A stretch of DNA of 44,196 bases. Source: Octopus bimaculoides (taxonomy: Eukaryota). The stretch is taken from NCBI RefSeq assembly GCF_001194135.2, contig NC_068990.1:86874554-86918749 (forward strand), in the 5' to 3' direction. The notes beneath the pieces are model-generated. The model had not been told where the DNA came from. It was given only the letters and a program-made list of their open reading frames with translations, and searched no databases. The stretch's first letter is position 1. Each line of letters opens with the position of its first letter. This document shows, in pieces, positions 22,951 to 35,054 of the stretch. The translations under genes were made by a program, and so were the position numbers.

Positions 22951-23394
22951 GAATAGAAAAAACGATGCATATAAACAAATAAAACTGCTTGCGTTTGATG
23001 TACAAAATGTACATCTATATGTATATATGTTAATAGAGAGAAAGCAAAAACTGAGAACTTTCAGACGATGAATATTCAAGTATAAATATTTATATAGAGA
23101 TGTTTGTTGTATATTAACAGAGCAAACAGATACAGAGCACAAAGACAGAGAAATATGGTGGGAAAGGTAAAGTATGAGTGTGTTTATCAGCTCAAAATCG
23201 TCGAAGATCGCAAAGTCGTTCTATTACCCTCCACCGCACGCCTGCTTTGACCCCACTAATTATCTCCCTTTACACAAACTTCAGCTGCTAAGAGGTTGAA
23301 AGGTACAAAGAGGATGTAGCTCTGAATGCGGTTAGAGTATTCAGTGTCTATCCCGACCTGTTCAGAACTTGGAAATGCAGGAGTACTGTTTTAA

Positions 23395-23585
23395 GGCCCT
23401 ATATGTTTTGTGTGATTTTTCTGTAAATGTTTTCTATGAATATCAAAAGCATTTTTTGAAGTTTACGAAGTTGATCAACAGGCTCAGCCTGAATTCTATG
23501 CATTGTTTCTTGATGTGTTTTAGACTGAAAATTTGCTCTGTGAATAACTGGCTGGAACGGAATCCTAGATTAGGCTCGGGTTTAG
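23395..23585 (-). mobile_element. RTE-clade LINE reverse transcriptase fragment
   Basis: Translation PNLGFRSSQLFTEQIFSLKHIKKQCIEFRLSLLINFVNFKK / AFDIHRK matches the RT motif QAGFR...DQIF.L..I.EQC.E....L.INFVDFKKAFDSIHR, with one frameshift. Confidence 0.88.
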
Positions 23586-24172
23586 CTGTGAAAAGGCCAG
23601 ATAAATTTCACAGCTCAACTCTCTATATTTAACAGACGGCAGGATATGGAATATGGATGGTGTGATTATTAGCTATAGAACGATAAGAAGTGACATAAAT
23701 AACCGAACTGGCAAAGCATTTGTCTCCTGCAGCGTTTGCACCAAATGTGGCCAACAATAAGCTTCACTAATCACATAAGAGTCCGCCTGTATACTGCAAT
23801 ATTTGTGCCAACACCTCTATATTATAGTAACATATGGACGATATCGGCGAAAGGACTGGAAACTACTAGATACATTCACTCAACGATGTTTACGGACCGA
23901 TCCACAATCTAACATAATAACGAAACAGAATTATTAATAAAGAAATCTTTTTGCGTTGCAAATCCAACTCACCGAACAGCATCGTAGTAATTCGTGGGTG
24001 TCGTCTGGCATTAATATGTTTGTATCTGCCAGTTCTTCGGCAAAAATTGCATTAAAGTAAATAACAGAAGATTATAAAGCGGAAAAGGATTGGATTCGAC
24101 AACAATAAGAGCATCAACCGTTCATTTGAATTTGATGAGGAGCGAAAGTACATATAGAAGTATTAAGGATGG

Positions 24173-24420
24173 ATTAATGTAACACGTGGTGGTAAAATCG
24201 ACGACTGTGATTAAATGAGGGAAGACATGTTTGCAATATCTAAAAGTGTGAGTTGATCAGGTAGGACTCGGCAGCAATGTCTAGGATTGTGTGTAATGAG
24301 ACAAGACATGGTAGTAAGATCTATGATTGTGTTTATTATAGAAAAGATTTGGTTGTAACACCTGCGGTTGTGACAACGTTGGGTGAGACTTGAAGATAAC
24401 GTCTAAGGTGAGGGATATTT
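24173..24420. repeat. Degenerate tandem repeat, unit about 40-41 bp, 5-6 copies
   Basis: Units start at about 24211, 24252, 24293, 24333 and 24374 and share the pattern AATGAG..AAGACATG.T.G.AA..TCTA.GATTGTG. Confidence 0.65.
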
Positions 24421-26378
24421 CGGGTAGGAGTAATTGTTGTTGTCTAGATTTGTGGATAGGTCAGGTATCTAGGCTTGTATGTAGACCAGGTGAAAATTTG
24501 GTGGTAACAGACAAGTTCGTCATTGCTTCTTATATCCTACTACCATCATTTTTGCACATTCCACATCTTCATACACAGAGAAATTATATGTTATTGTTTG
24601 TGAAGATTTGTTATTTTCTTTTTTCATTGATCTCTATTGTGTCTGCTCTACTAACTCATATATTACTGAAATTAAGACGACTGCAATTCTTTTGTCAGTA
24701 AAGAAAACAAATACAGAAAATATTTTTGTACGCAGATTTTCAAATTTTTGTTATGGTTTTAGAAAATTATTCACATCTCAAGTATTCTATATATTCGTCA
24801 AGTGAAACAGTTTTATGTAAATAATCTTTTATAACAATAGACAGAGTTGAATCTCTTCGTGTGCATGCTGTTACTTCCTGCTACTAAAGCTAAAAAAAAA
24901 CACTCTTTGTAAGCTATTATCTCAACACTGCGAGATGTTACGGGAACGTTTAATGTATTAGAGCCTGGTTTAAAGCTATTTTCATTTTAAGTTATTCATA
25001 CTTTATTTTAGTTTACTAAAATTACAATCATTGGTTATATGACAAGTAAACTTTAACCTGTAAAATGTAAAATTCAATGTGGCACTAACCACACATGAGG
25101 TATTTGAAGTTTTTTACGCGGCGGGTAAAAATATTTTCAAAGAAACTAGTTACTTTTATCAGACTCATTACGAAATTTGATTCGATTCTTCTGAAAATTT
25201 CGAAATTATTTCAGAGTGCTCTTCCTACGATCTCACCTCAACTGTTTGAAAAAGAGATTTTAAAAAGCCTTCCTCCAACCTGCCAATGAAACCATAGCAC
25301 GAGACAAACTCATCAATGCACACAAAACATCAAGTTACGAAGTTAAAGTCTATAGAATAAAGTCTAACATCAAAAATCTCACGCACAAAGGTGATTCTGT
25401 TTGCGATTCATTTGTAACCTGAATCTCTTCTGCTCGTATATAAAGCATTCCGCAGAAAAACAAAATTCTAGCTTTGGATTCATCATCGAAATTCACAGAT
25501 AGCCATGAAAGATTCTCAGACTTCTGATTCTGCTCTTCAAGAAGAAAATTGTTCTGTAGACTTCACTGAAAGAATTTTCAAATCCTGAAATAAATTTCAA
25601 CTGTAAAAAGGTGTCTTCTGCAACTGCGTCTCATTGAACTCAAATGTTTATTTCCGGTTTTGGAAAAGTGATACCGCTTGTTTCTAGTGTAAGTAAAATG
25701 GAACGCGTTTCAAACTGCTGAGCCTCGAAAGAACCACAGAGCACTTCCTTTCTTTCTAAGACTTGCTTGCATAGCTTCTGTACTGAAAGACTGCATAACC
25801 GAACCTATCAAAACTTTTCATCTCTGAATGGCTGTGCGTAACATTTGTTAGCTAAGTATGTAAAAGACAGTTGGTTAAGTAGTACTACGGTAGTATGACA
25901 TCGAGAATTGCAATTAATTTGACACCACGAACTAATGAATCATCTACTGAATTTTTGCAGCATCGTACTACTCTGATTACAAGATCTCTTTTAAAACATT
26001 TTCACAAGAATATTTTCAATTATATCATTCTATGTTCATTGAGGTTTTGAGATATTTTCTTGATACGTATATAGTTTCGGAGAATATAGTAATTTTATGC
26101 AAATTATTTAGTGCAGCATTATAAATAGCTCAATATCCATGAGAAGCTGAAATTAATACCTAATACTACTACAATAAATGCTCGTGTGAAATTGGCAGGC
26201 CATCTGTAAAGGTGACCAATAGACGGCAGGGAAATTTCTGGTGAATAAAGTGTGATTTGAATTAACTTTTATCTTGGGTTATTTATATTTCAGTAAGTCA
26301 TACACTATATGAGATATGGCTTATACGATAAAAGAAATATAAGTTACACGAAAACCAAAATGCAATCAAAATAAGTTC

Positions 26379-26415
26379 ACACACACACGCACACACACGC
26401 GCGCGCGCGCGCGCG
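26379..26415. repeat. (CA)n-(CG)9 alternating purine-pyrimidine tract
   Basis: Seen directly; (CG)9 spans 26398-26415. Confidence 0.9.
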
Positions 26416-28933
26416 GACACGGACACACAAACACACTTATATACATGTAGCATAGTTTCATTCAAATGTTAATGGGTATAATTATAGCTCGTGAAGTAAC
26501 ATACATTGAAAGTCTGACCACTCATGTAGAGAGAACAACATTTCGTTTGATTTCATTTATTTAACAATTTGCTTAATGTTAAATCCAGTGTTTCTTGCGG
26601 CTACGAAGGGTGGTAGGTATTTGCAAACTCAATTAGGGAAGTAGGTGTTTTGAAATCGAACACAGCTCTGTTCACTTTCATTTGTCTTTCTTTACCTCTT
26701 TCGGTAAATATTCACCAAGGTTTCTTTTTGTCTGCATCAATAGCTGCTCGTGTTTGGATTGGAAGTTCTCTAGATTTGGCTGCAATTAGTTTTATGTCTG
26801 TGTTGATATAAAGATCTTACACTGTAGCAAATTGGAAAGCTAACATCGTGTTTAATGAGTAATTACACTCGACATCATTGCTGTTGATTCCAATTTACAT
26901 GCAAATCATCAAATATCTATTGATTTGAACAATTTACGTAGACTCAGAACGAAATTTTACATACTCACAACACGAATTATGTGTAATGCACTGTCTCGTT
27001 CGTTTGACCTCTCCTTACTTTATTTGCTCTCGGTCAAAGGTGGGTAGTTGTGGTGTTAGGGGAGATGAGTGTTGAGTCAAAAGAAGGATATTTTAGGTGA
27101 GTTGAGGTTGTGCCTGAGATATTCCAGTTGAAAATGAGACAAGTGAATTAGCTCGGTTGGTGAAGTTCAAGTTCTATTCGTTTTTCTTTACCCTCCTCCC
27201 AGCTGTCTGGCCATTACATTTTGCTTTATAATTATTGACTTCTTTGAAGGCAACACTTTCTTTTTGTTACGTTAGCGCTCTGTAACTATTTATATTTGTC
27301 TTCCTTCTTTCTTTCGAATTATTCTTGTAATCTTGCAGTAAATATTTAATAACAGTTCTCTAGTTGCATATGACTCCTCGGTTCTGATTTTCTTAACAAC
27401 TATAATATTTCTCGGTCGATTTTTAATAACGTATTTAAAATGCAGACTCTCTTTCCTTGATGCTTATCGTCTTCTTCTTCAAATGTACTTAAATTGGGGA
27501 TATTGGTATTAAAGTCTGCTAGTGGTGCAGCTAGAATATTGATATGTATTGTCTACTTTTAGCTTTTGGTTTTCCTGTAATCCAATACGTTTGTAATGTT
27601 TCTTTCTAAATCTGTTTTATGTGTTGCTCATGTCCAGTCCATTAATTCACAAATATTTCGTAGTCTCTCTTTGAACTTACCCTCTAATATCTGTTTTCAT
27701 CTAACGTAATATAGCTTCATTAGCAAACCTTTTCCAAACCTAATTTCAAGTATTTCTCTCTACAGAATGTGTACAAAGAATGTAAACTTAATAGTCCTCT
27801 GTCATCTGCAGGATGCAATTTTAGAATATTATTACGGGAAGAGTTGATTGTCACAAGCTTTGTCTGCATCGAATAACGTTTAGCATCTTCTATAATGGGC
27901 GGAGATGATTAAAAGTTTATATGCTTAAATAAACATTTTTGTTTTAGTAAACCAAAGCGTGTTTAAGTCTAGAACGAATGAAAATAATCTTCAGCTTCAG
28001 TTTTTAAAATATCTTCAAAAACATGAGACAATTTTGGTACTATTTTCAGTATAGTTGTCAACTACACAATCAAATCACAAACCGAATTACAACTCTCATT
28101 ATTATCAGCTTTCTGTGACTAAATTTGAATTTAATTCGTTTCTTCCATACGCCCGGGTTCCGTTTAAATACGACTGGGTATGTTCATGCGCAAGACGTAA
28201 GTCATTTTGCCTTTACATATATCTAATATATATGTGCAAAAATAATAGCTTAATCGTGATTCTTCGCTTGAAAACGTATTGCTTCGGTCAGTCTCTTCAT
28301 TATACTTATAGCAAAGCAATGTACAGAACATTAATAACTATTATTTTAACAGTTGAGTCAAAATTTAAAAGCAAAATATTCATAAATAGAAAAAGTTAAA
28401 TATATATTGATTTCACACTTATATTAAGTAATTATTATTTTTTTTTTAATCCGTCAGAAAATCCAAATTTAACTGTTAATAATATATTTGAATATAACCA
28501 TAAAAAAAAATACACGCTGTATTCTACATAAATGCTGCGGAGAAATGCCAATATCTGTTTAAAACGAAAATGTCNNNNNNNNNNNNNNNNNNNNNNNNNN
28601 NNNNNNNNNNNNNNNNNNNNNNNNNNNNNNNNNNNNNNNNNNNNNNNNNNNNNNNNNNNNNNNNNNNNNNNNNNNNNNNNNNNNNNNNNNNNNNNNNNNN
28701 NNNNNNNNNNNNNNNNNNNNNNNNNNNNNNNNNNNNNNNNNNNNNNNNNNNNNNNNNNNNNNNNNNNNNNNNNNNNNNNNNNNNNNNNNNNNNNNNNNNN
28801 NNNNNNNNNNNNNNNNNNNNNNNNNNNNNNNNNNNNNNNNNNNNNNNNNNNNNNNNNNNNNNNNNNNNNNNNNNNNNNNNNNNNNNNNNNNNNNNNNNNN
28901 NNNNNNNNNNNNNNNNNNNNNNNNNNNNNNNNN

Positions 28934-28992
<59 letters not shown>

Positions 28993-29172
28993 ATATATAT
29001 ACATACATATTTATATATATGGAATATACACACACACATATATACATACCTACATACATATATACATGCGTACACACAGCATAACTATGTATCTATATCT
29101 TTTCTTCTCTCTTCTTGGGCGTTTGTGTGTGTGCGTGTGTGTGTGTGTGTCTCTGTGTGAGAAAGTGTGAGA

Positions 29173-29246
29173 GTGAGGGAGAGAGAGAGAGTGGGGGAGA
29201 GAGAGAGAGTGAGGGAGAGAGAGAGAGTGAGGGAGAGAGAGAGAGA
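29173..29246. repeat. 18-bp higher-order GA repeat, 4 copies
   Basis: GTGAGGGAGAGAGAGAGA units start at 29173, 29191, 29209 and 29227. Confidence 0.9.
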
Positions 29247-29309
29247 GTGTGTCAGGAAAGAATCGATTCAGAAATTAACAAATGATGAGCAACAGTTTAG
29301 TTACAAATG

Positions 29310-29495
29310 ATGGGCCCCATATGGGATCACGGTATCTGCTAGAAATAGCAGCCAAATTCCACACATATCACAATTAACACCCTTAAGAAATTGGAACACT
29401 AGTCCGGCACATTCATTATGTGAGAAAAACAGAATAGTCCTGGTTGAATTGGAATCGACAACACGTTTTCTTAATCAGCCCTGACACGGAATTGA
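29310..29495 (+). mobile_element. Possible degenerate interspersed repeat (third SINE-like family)
   Basis: GATCACGGTATCTGCTAGAAATAGCAGCCAAAT resembles a recalled octopus repeat. Cross-matching to 14590-14660 and 42950-43020 is weak. Confidence 0.35.
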
Positions 29496-30693
29496 ATACG
29501 AACAATGATTTTTTTTCATGCTTATATTTTGTAATAATCAGGCTTCGTTTTCCTATGCATATCTTCTAAATATTTGACAAATATCTCTTCGGAGATTTTT
29601 TGATACATTTCATTTTTAGTCAGAAAGAAAATAAAACAATGTTTCAGTTTTATCTAAAAATTTTGAAACAAATAATATTAAAAAATAATATTCTGCAACG
29701 CCAAGGAGGGAATTTCTTTAGAATAGGAAATACAAAAGAAAAAGTTTTGTCGATTATTGAATTTATCACACCATACATCATACATACACACACATCAATA
29801 CACATCCATTCATAAGTATTTATATATGCGTGCGTGTATATACATACATACATATACATACATACATTAGCTTAGCGAATTGTAATGACGTGTGCGTATG
29901 TATATGTGTATCATTGTGCATGTATGTATGTGGAGGTGTAAACTGAAAATATACTGATATCTTGGGTTGGAATTGAAACGTTGACTGTTGGGGTGTTGAA
30001 TAAATTCAGTATTCAATTTAAAGCTACTGTATGAACTCTTTGGGAAAGAGTATGCCATCAAATTGTGTAGTACGTACTGTTACAGTCTTCGTTCAACATC
30101 ATGCTGGGTTTTTTTTTTGTTTTCTCCCCCAATCCAAAATATCGTTAAAAACATTTGCAAAAGAATCTTCAAGGATCACACCTAGTATGACATATTTTAC
30201 TGAAACCAAAATACCCGACCACAGAATTTTAAAAAATCTTTGCGAGAAATGAAACAAAATTATACTAGCTGAATATATTCTCGGTATCTTATTTGGCATC
30301 ATTGTCGTCAATCATTACGTCACATTTTCTCTGATTGCTTGGACTGGAAAACACTCAACGCAGATGTATAAGGGGACCGTCTATTTTGCCTCTTCTTACC
30401 CGCTTGATAGTAATTTTTTACTTTTTTTTTCAAAACAGATTCTACATAGTGGTTCTGCAATAATGTGAGTTATACCCCAAATGTATACAACTTAGTCTAA
30501 ATGCTTAGCAGTAAAAGCACAGCAGAGGAGAGAAATGGCAGAGAACAATATGTCACAGAGTGAACCAAATGCCAGGATCTTCCAAGAATAAAAGAATCCG
30601 TTTTGAGACTCCAGAGAAAACACACATGAGTCTCGATCAGTTTTCTCTCATGGCTGAAATGTGTCGTACATATATCATTCGAAAAGGCAAGAA

Positions 30694-31430
30694 TCATTAC
30701 ACCCTCCACTGCACAGTGTTATTACAATCACCACTAAATCATTTGTGACAACCACAACTGAGTTCTGTCATTGCAAATATTACTTAGCTGTTTTAATACA
30801 CTTGTTCACCTGTTCCGTTAATTTTGTCATTAAAACCTAATCTAAGCTAGTTCCTTACAACTACATTTAGTAAAAAATTAATCTACTTTAGAGCCATCAG
30901 TTTCATTACCATTATTTTAATATGTAATGAGAAAGAATATTGCATTGTGTCATTAAAACTATCGTCGAGTCTAAGATCTCATGAGAATCAACACTGAACA
31001 GTTTCCTTTTAAGCCCTGTAATTAGAACTTTTGCTCAACCCTGCCATGACAGTTACCACTGGGCTGTTTCATTGCATCAGCACTAAATGCTAAATTGTCA
31101 TTACAACCACCACTAAGATCTCATTTCAACCACTTGCGCTGTCTTATTGCAGCCACAGCAGATTTTTTCATCTTTAAAATTATTGCTGAGGTGTTTTACA
31201 ACTACCACTATTGCTTTGTGTCATTATAGCCACCTCTGAATTGTATGACTACAACCACGTCTTAGCTGTTTCATTACATTCTACATTGAACTGAGCTTTG
31301 TCACCGGAATCAGTGACCTGTGTGATTACAATCACGGCTTAGGTACATTGCAACTCAGACTGGCTTTAATACAATAGTAAACGTTGACATTCCATTGCAG
31401 ACGCCGCCACTAAACTATTTCATTATTACC
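30694..31430. repeat. Cryptic decayed minisatellite with a 24-25 nt period
   Basis: Recurrent TCATTACAACCACCACT.AGCTG-like units; anchors at 30695, 30720, 30744, 30769, 30794, 31096, 31120, 31142, 31218 and 31243. Confidence 0.65.
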
Positions 31431-31595
31431 AATATACTTGTACAATTTCCTGCAGTATAACTTTCGATTTTCTTATAAATCTTTAAAAAAATCGAATGTT
31501 TTAGAACTGTTACCTTCTATCTTTATTTATGAAAGTTTTAAAACTATTTCAGTAATTAAAAGTAAATTAAGGATTCATTAAGCAATATCGTCTAT

Positions 31596-31638
<43 letters not shown>

Positions 31639-32194
31639 TGTGTGTGTGTGTGTGAGTTTGCGTGCGTGCGTACAGAAAATGTGATAATATATGTATTACA
31701 GAAACGAGTAGAAAACCCCGCCGGGTGTAGTTTTACCGCCAGAGTTGATTAAAGTTATTAGTAACGTGTACAAGAAATGGACTCTATGATGTTCCTTTGA
31801 ACTGTTCCATTTATTTTCTTCTTGTGATTCTCTTCAATCTCTTTTTCTTGCAGTGTTTAGAACTTTTCACTTATATTTGGCATGTTAAATGCTGTCGCTT
31901 TTAAGTTTCCTACCTCACTCAAGAATAATAACAATACGACCCATAAGTCGGGGATAATTTATGCTGTTCAATTCAAATTATTTTCAAGCGCTGTTTCAGT
32001 TATAGGCAGTTACTGATTTTTTTCGTAAATACGGACCTGTTTCTGTTTTTAGCACTTTTTGTTTCTTGGATAAACATCAGACCTATTACAATAGAAACGA
32101 GCTATAATTTTGTAACTGAGGTGGGTTTTCCGTTGGTTTCGACGATGTCCCTTCAGTCATTCGACCAACTGTATATTATCGATTTACTGTTAAT

Positions 32195-32425
32195 TGTTTC
32201 ACGTATTAGACTGCGGGAAAGCTCGGGCACCACCTCGAAGAGTTTTAGTCGAACAGAAAAAAAATCTCAGTAATTATTTTGTAAGTTTGGTGCTTATTCT
32301 GTCGGTTTCTATTGCCGAACCGTTCGATTGTTAAACGGCATGGGGTATACACGGAAGCACACATTTATACACATGTGCAACGTAGTTTCACACAGTTTCT
32401 GTCGAATAAATTTAAGCATAAGCCA
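32195..32425 (-). mobile_element. SINE family B, degenerate fragment
   Basis: TTAGACTGCGG ... TTTAGTCGAAC ... TTATTCTGTCGGTTTCTATTGCCGAACCG is shared with the 19672 and 34005 fragments. Confidence 0.65.
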
Positions 32426-32583
32426 TTGAATTACTTTTTAGTTATGAAATTAATGAGTGGGAAAGTATTACTCGCATACATGAAGCTTTAACGCAATTTT
32501 CAAACCGAATTAGCGTAAAAGATTAGGACAAGGCCAGACTTTCGAAGTGCGGGTTGAACCCAGACAGAAGAACATAAAATAGT

Positions 32584-32608
32584 AGATAGATAGATAGATG
32601 GATAGATG

Positions 32609-32663
<55 letters not shown>
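32584..32663. repeat. (AGAT)n microsatellite
   Basis: Seen directly. Confidence 0.95.
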
Positions 32664-33643
32664 GTGTACCTAATCTTTGTGAAATCTCGTTTTATCTTGG
32701 AGATGAATTGTTTATTTGCTTCAAAGAAGTTTAGAGACGCTTTTCATAACGATTCTTTATAAATTAGCATAGTTCCTTATATATTCATTAATTTGTTATT
32801 ATTACTTTTTTCATTGATTGTATTTGTCCTATTTGAGCATTTTCGTTGTCGGTCTTTTCAAGAGCAAACAGATCTAATATTCAATTTCTATTCCTTTTCG
32901 GTATATTAGTTCATTTAATTATTTATTCATCTACTAGCGTCAATCATTGGAGTGTGGCCATTCTTCGAAGATATTGTCAACATTTTCCATGTAAAAGTTA
33001 ATAAATATATACTACGTTAGAAAGAAGTGATTAATACTTCAATTTAAAGTTAAATAATTCCTTATATATAACTTGGCTCAAAACAAACATTAATACATAT
33101 GCGCGCGCGTGTGTGTATATATATGTTATATATGTATACTTATACATACATATATATATTCAATCGACAAGTTTTCCCTTGCATTTGATTTCCATGTTTA
33201 TCTTCTATTGATGTAGTGATAATTATTCAGTGTGAAAGTAATACTTCGAACATTTAATAATAAATCTGAAGATCAAAAGATTAAAATAAACTTCCACCAG
33301 ATGCAAGACAAAAGGAAAAGAAAGTGATGTATCTAGTGAATAATGACTAATATATTAACGATAAGAATCCAGAATGAATTCTGTTTCAAGAACAGAACTT
33401 ATGAGAAATGTCCGTTGCTTTTTTTTCCTAAGCAAAATAGCCTTCGGCTATTCTTAGGAGGAACGAACTTGGCGACTTGGTAGATTAATTTCATGTCAGA
33501 ACATATTTACAGATTTTGTGTTCATATTTACCAAGCAAATACTCACTATATAAAAATATATTTAAGGTATATCAGTCACTATCTGCCATGGGCAAAAATT
33601 GAGAGGAGTGTCATTTATGTATGCATGCAGGTAAGTATTATGT

Positions 33644-33707
33644 ATGCATGTATGTATGTATGTATGTATGTATGTATGTATGTATGTATGTATGTATGTA
33701 TGTATGT
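33644..33707. repeat. (TATG)n microsatellite
   Basis: Seen directly. Confidence 0.95.
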
Positions 33708-34004
33708 GTAATCTTTTGCGATTACTATGGTTCCCAAAGAGATATCTTTTACTCTTGCAATATTGATGTTATCCATTTCCTGTAGGAATACATCCAGCGG
33801 TATCTCTCCATCAATCAATTCCCTACACATCATAGCCATATGCAATTGGTTTCCAATAATTCCTTGACAGGAAAACACGTAGAAGAAGAAGGAATTTAGG
33901 AAAGTTAGTAAACTAAAGTAAAATTTAAAACAAATAGTGAAAAACCGATTCACTATTAAGAAAAAGTAAAGTATTGGCTAAGAAGTTAATTTCATTTTTT
34001 TCTT

Positions 34005-34175
34005 CTTTTTTTCATGCGTCAATCATTGGAATGCAACGTACTGCTGCACTGCTTTGAAGGTTTTTATTAGCACAGATCTATTCTATCGGTTCTTTGGCCG
34101 AACCGATAAGTTACAAGAAGGTAGAAAAAAGAAGACCGTCTTTCAAGTGGTGGGGAGCTGAAAAATATACACTAA
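34005..34175 (-). mobile_element. SINE family B, degenerate fragment
   Basis: TATTCTATCGGTTCTTTGGCCGAACCGATAAGTTAC core. Confidence 0.65.
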
Positions 34176-35015
34176 CACACGTGTATACATACATACATAC
34201 ATACATACATACATACATGCATACATACATACATAACAAAGTGAACTGCAGCGTGTTGTTCTCTTCTGGTGTGCCATTCTTCAATCGGTTTAATTTCAAG
34301 AAAGTTGCTTTCTAATGTCTTACCATTAATTACGTTGTCTATCTAAAAAAAGTAAACATTATGAACAAATTTGCAGTTTCCTTTTTCCACCTCCGAATAA
34401 CTAGGAGGCATTAAGATACTGCAGAGAATTGTGGCACAAACATTGTCAATACCTACTAAGACTGTTGATTGATAGCAAAAGTTATGTAAACTAAATAATT
34501 TAAGTTTATGAGCCTCAGGGTGGTATCTGACGTCAGAAAGTGAAATCACATAAAAATCAATTTCATCTTTTTACCTTTATTTTTACGATTAATTTCTTGT
34601 TGGCTTTCATTGTATACAAATAGGTTGTGAGAGAATTATGTGATATTTTTATGGCTATGAATAGTTAGAGGACACATGTGCGTGAAAATATATTAATACA
34701 CACACACACGTATATATAAATACATATACATACATACGTATATATATATATATATATATATATAGTTCTCCAGGTGTGCAGATACTTGATTATGCAACCG
34801 TTTCCCTGTGTTATGAGATCTAGTTGAGTTTTCTCAGGTGGTATGTAAATATTGTCTCCGTAACTTCACATTCGCGGTTTCAACAACATTCTCTGTTTGT
34901 TGTGGCCTGAATTTAGTAGTAGTCACTGAGTTTAGTATTGACTGCTACTAAATTCAGATCACGACAGACAGGGGGATGTTCTAGAAGCATATATATGTAT
35001 GTATGCATGTATGTA

Positions 35016-35054
<39 letters not shown>

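Noticed and set aside
25505-25588. Small ORF MKDSQTSDSALQEENCSVDFTERIFKS with a TATA-like box about 65 nt upstream
   Set aside because: Only 27 codons with no homology or other support.
27681-27759. Strong - strand acceptor and donor pair (79 nt)
   Set aside because: All three frames contain stops, so it is not coding. It also shows that strong splice-site pairs arise by chance here, though a non-coding exon is not excluded.
24173-31430. CRISPR-like interpretation of the periodic arrays
   Set aside because: The units are contiguous and degenerate with no repeat-spacer alternation, there are no cas genes, and the context is eukaryotic.
6556-33630. Other + strand exon-like segments: 6556-6603, 12677-12703, 20494-20583, 27040-27096, 28109-28196, 33576-33630
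   Set aside because: Each has at least one weak splice site or sits in low-complexity sequence, gives no recognisable peptide, and fits the chance rate.
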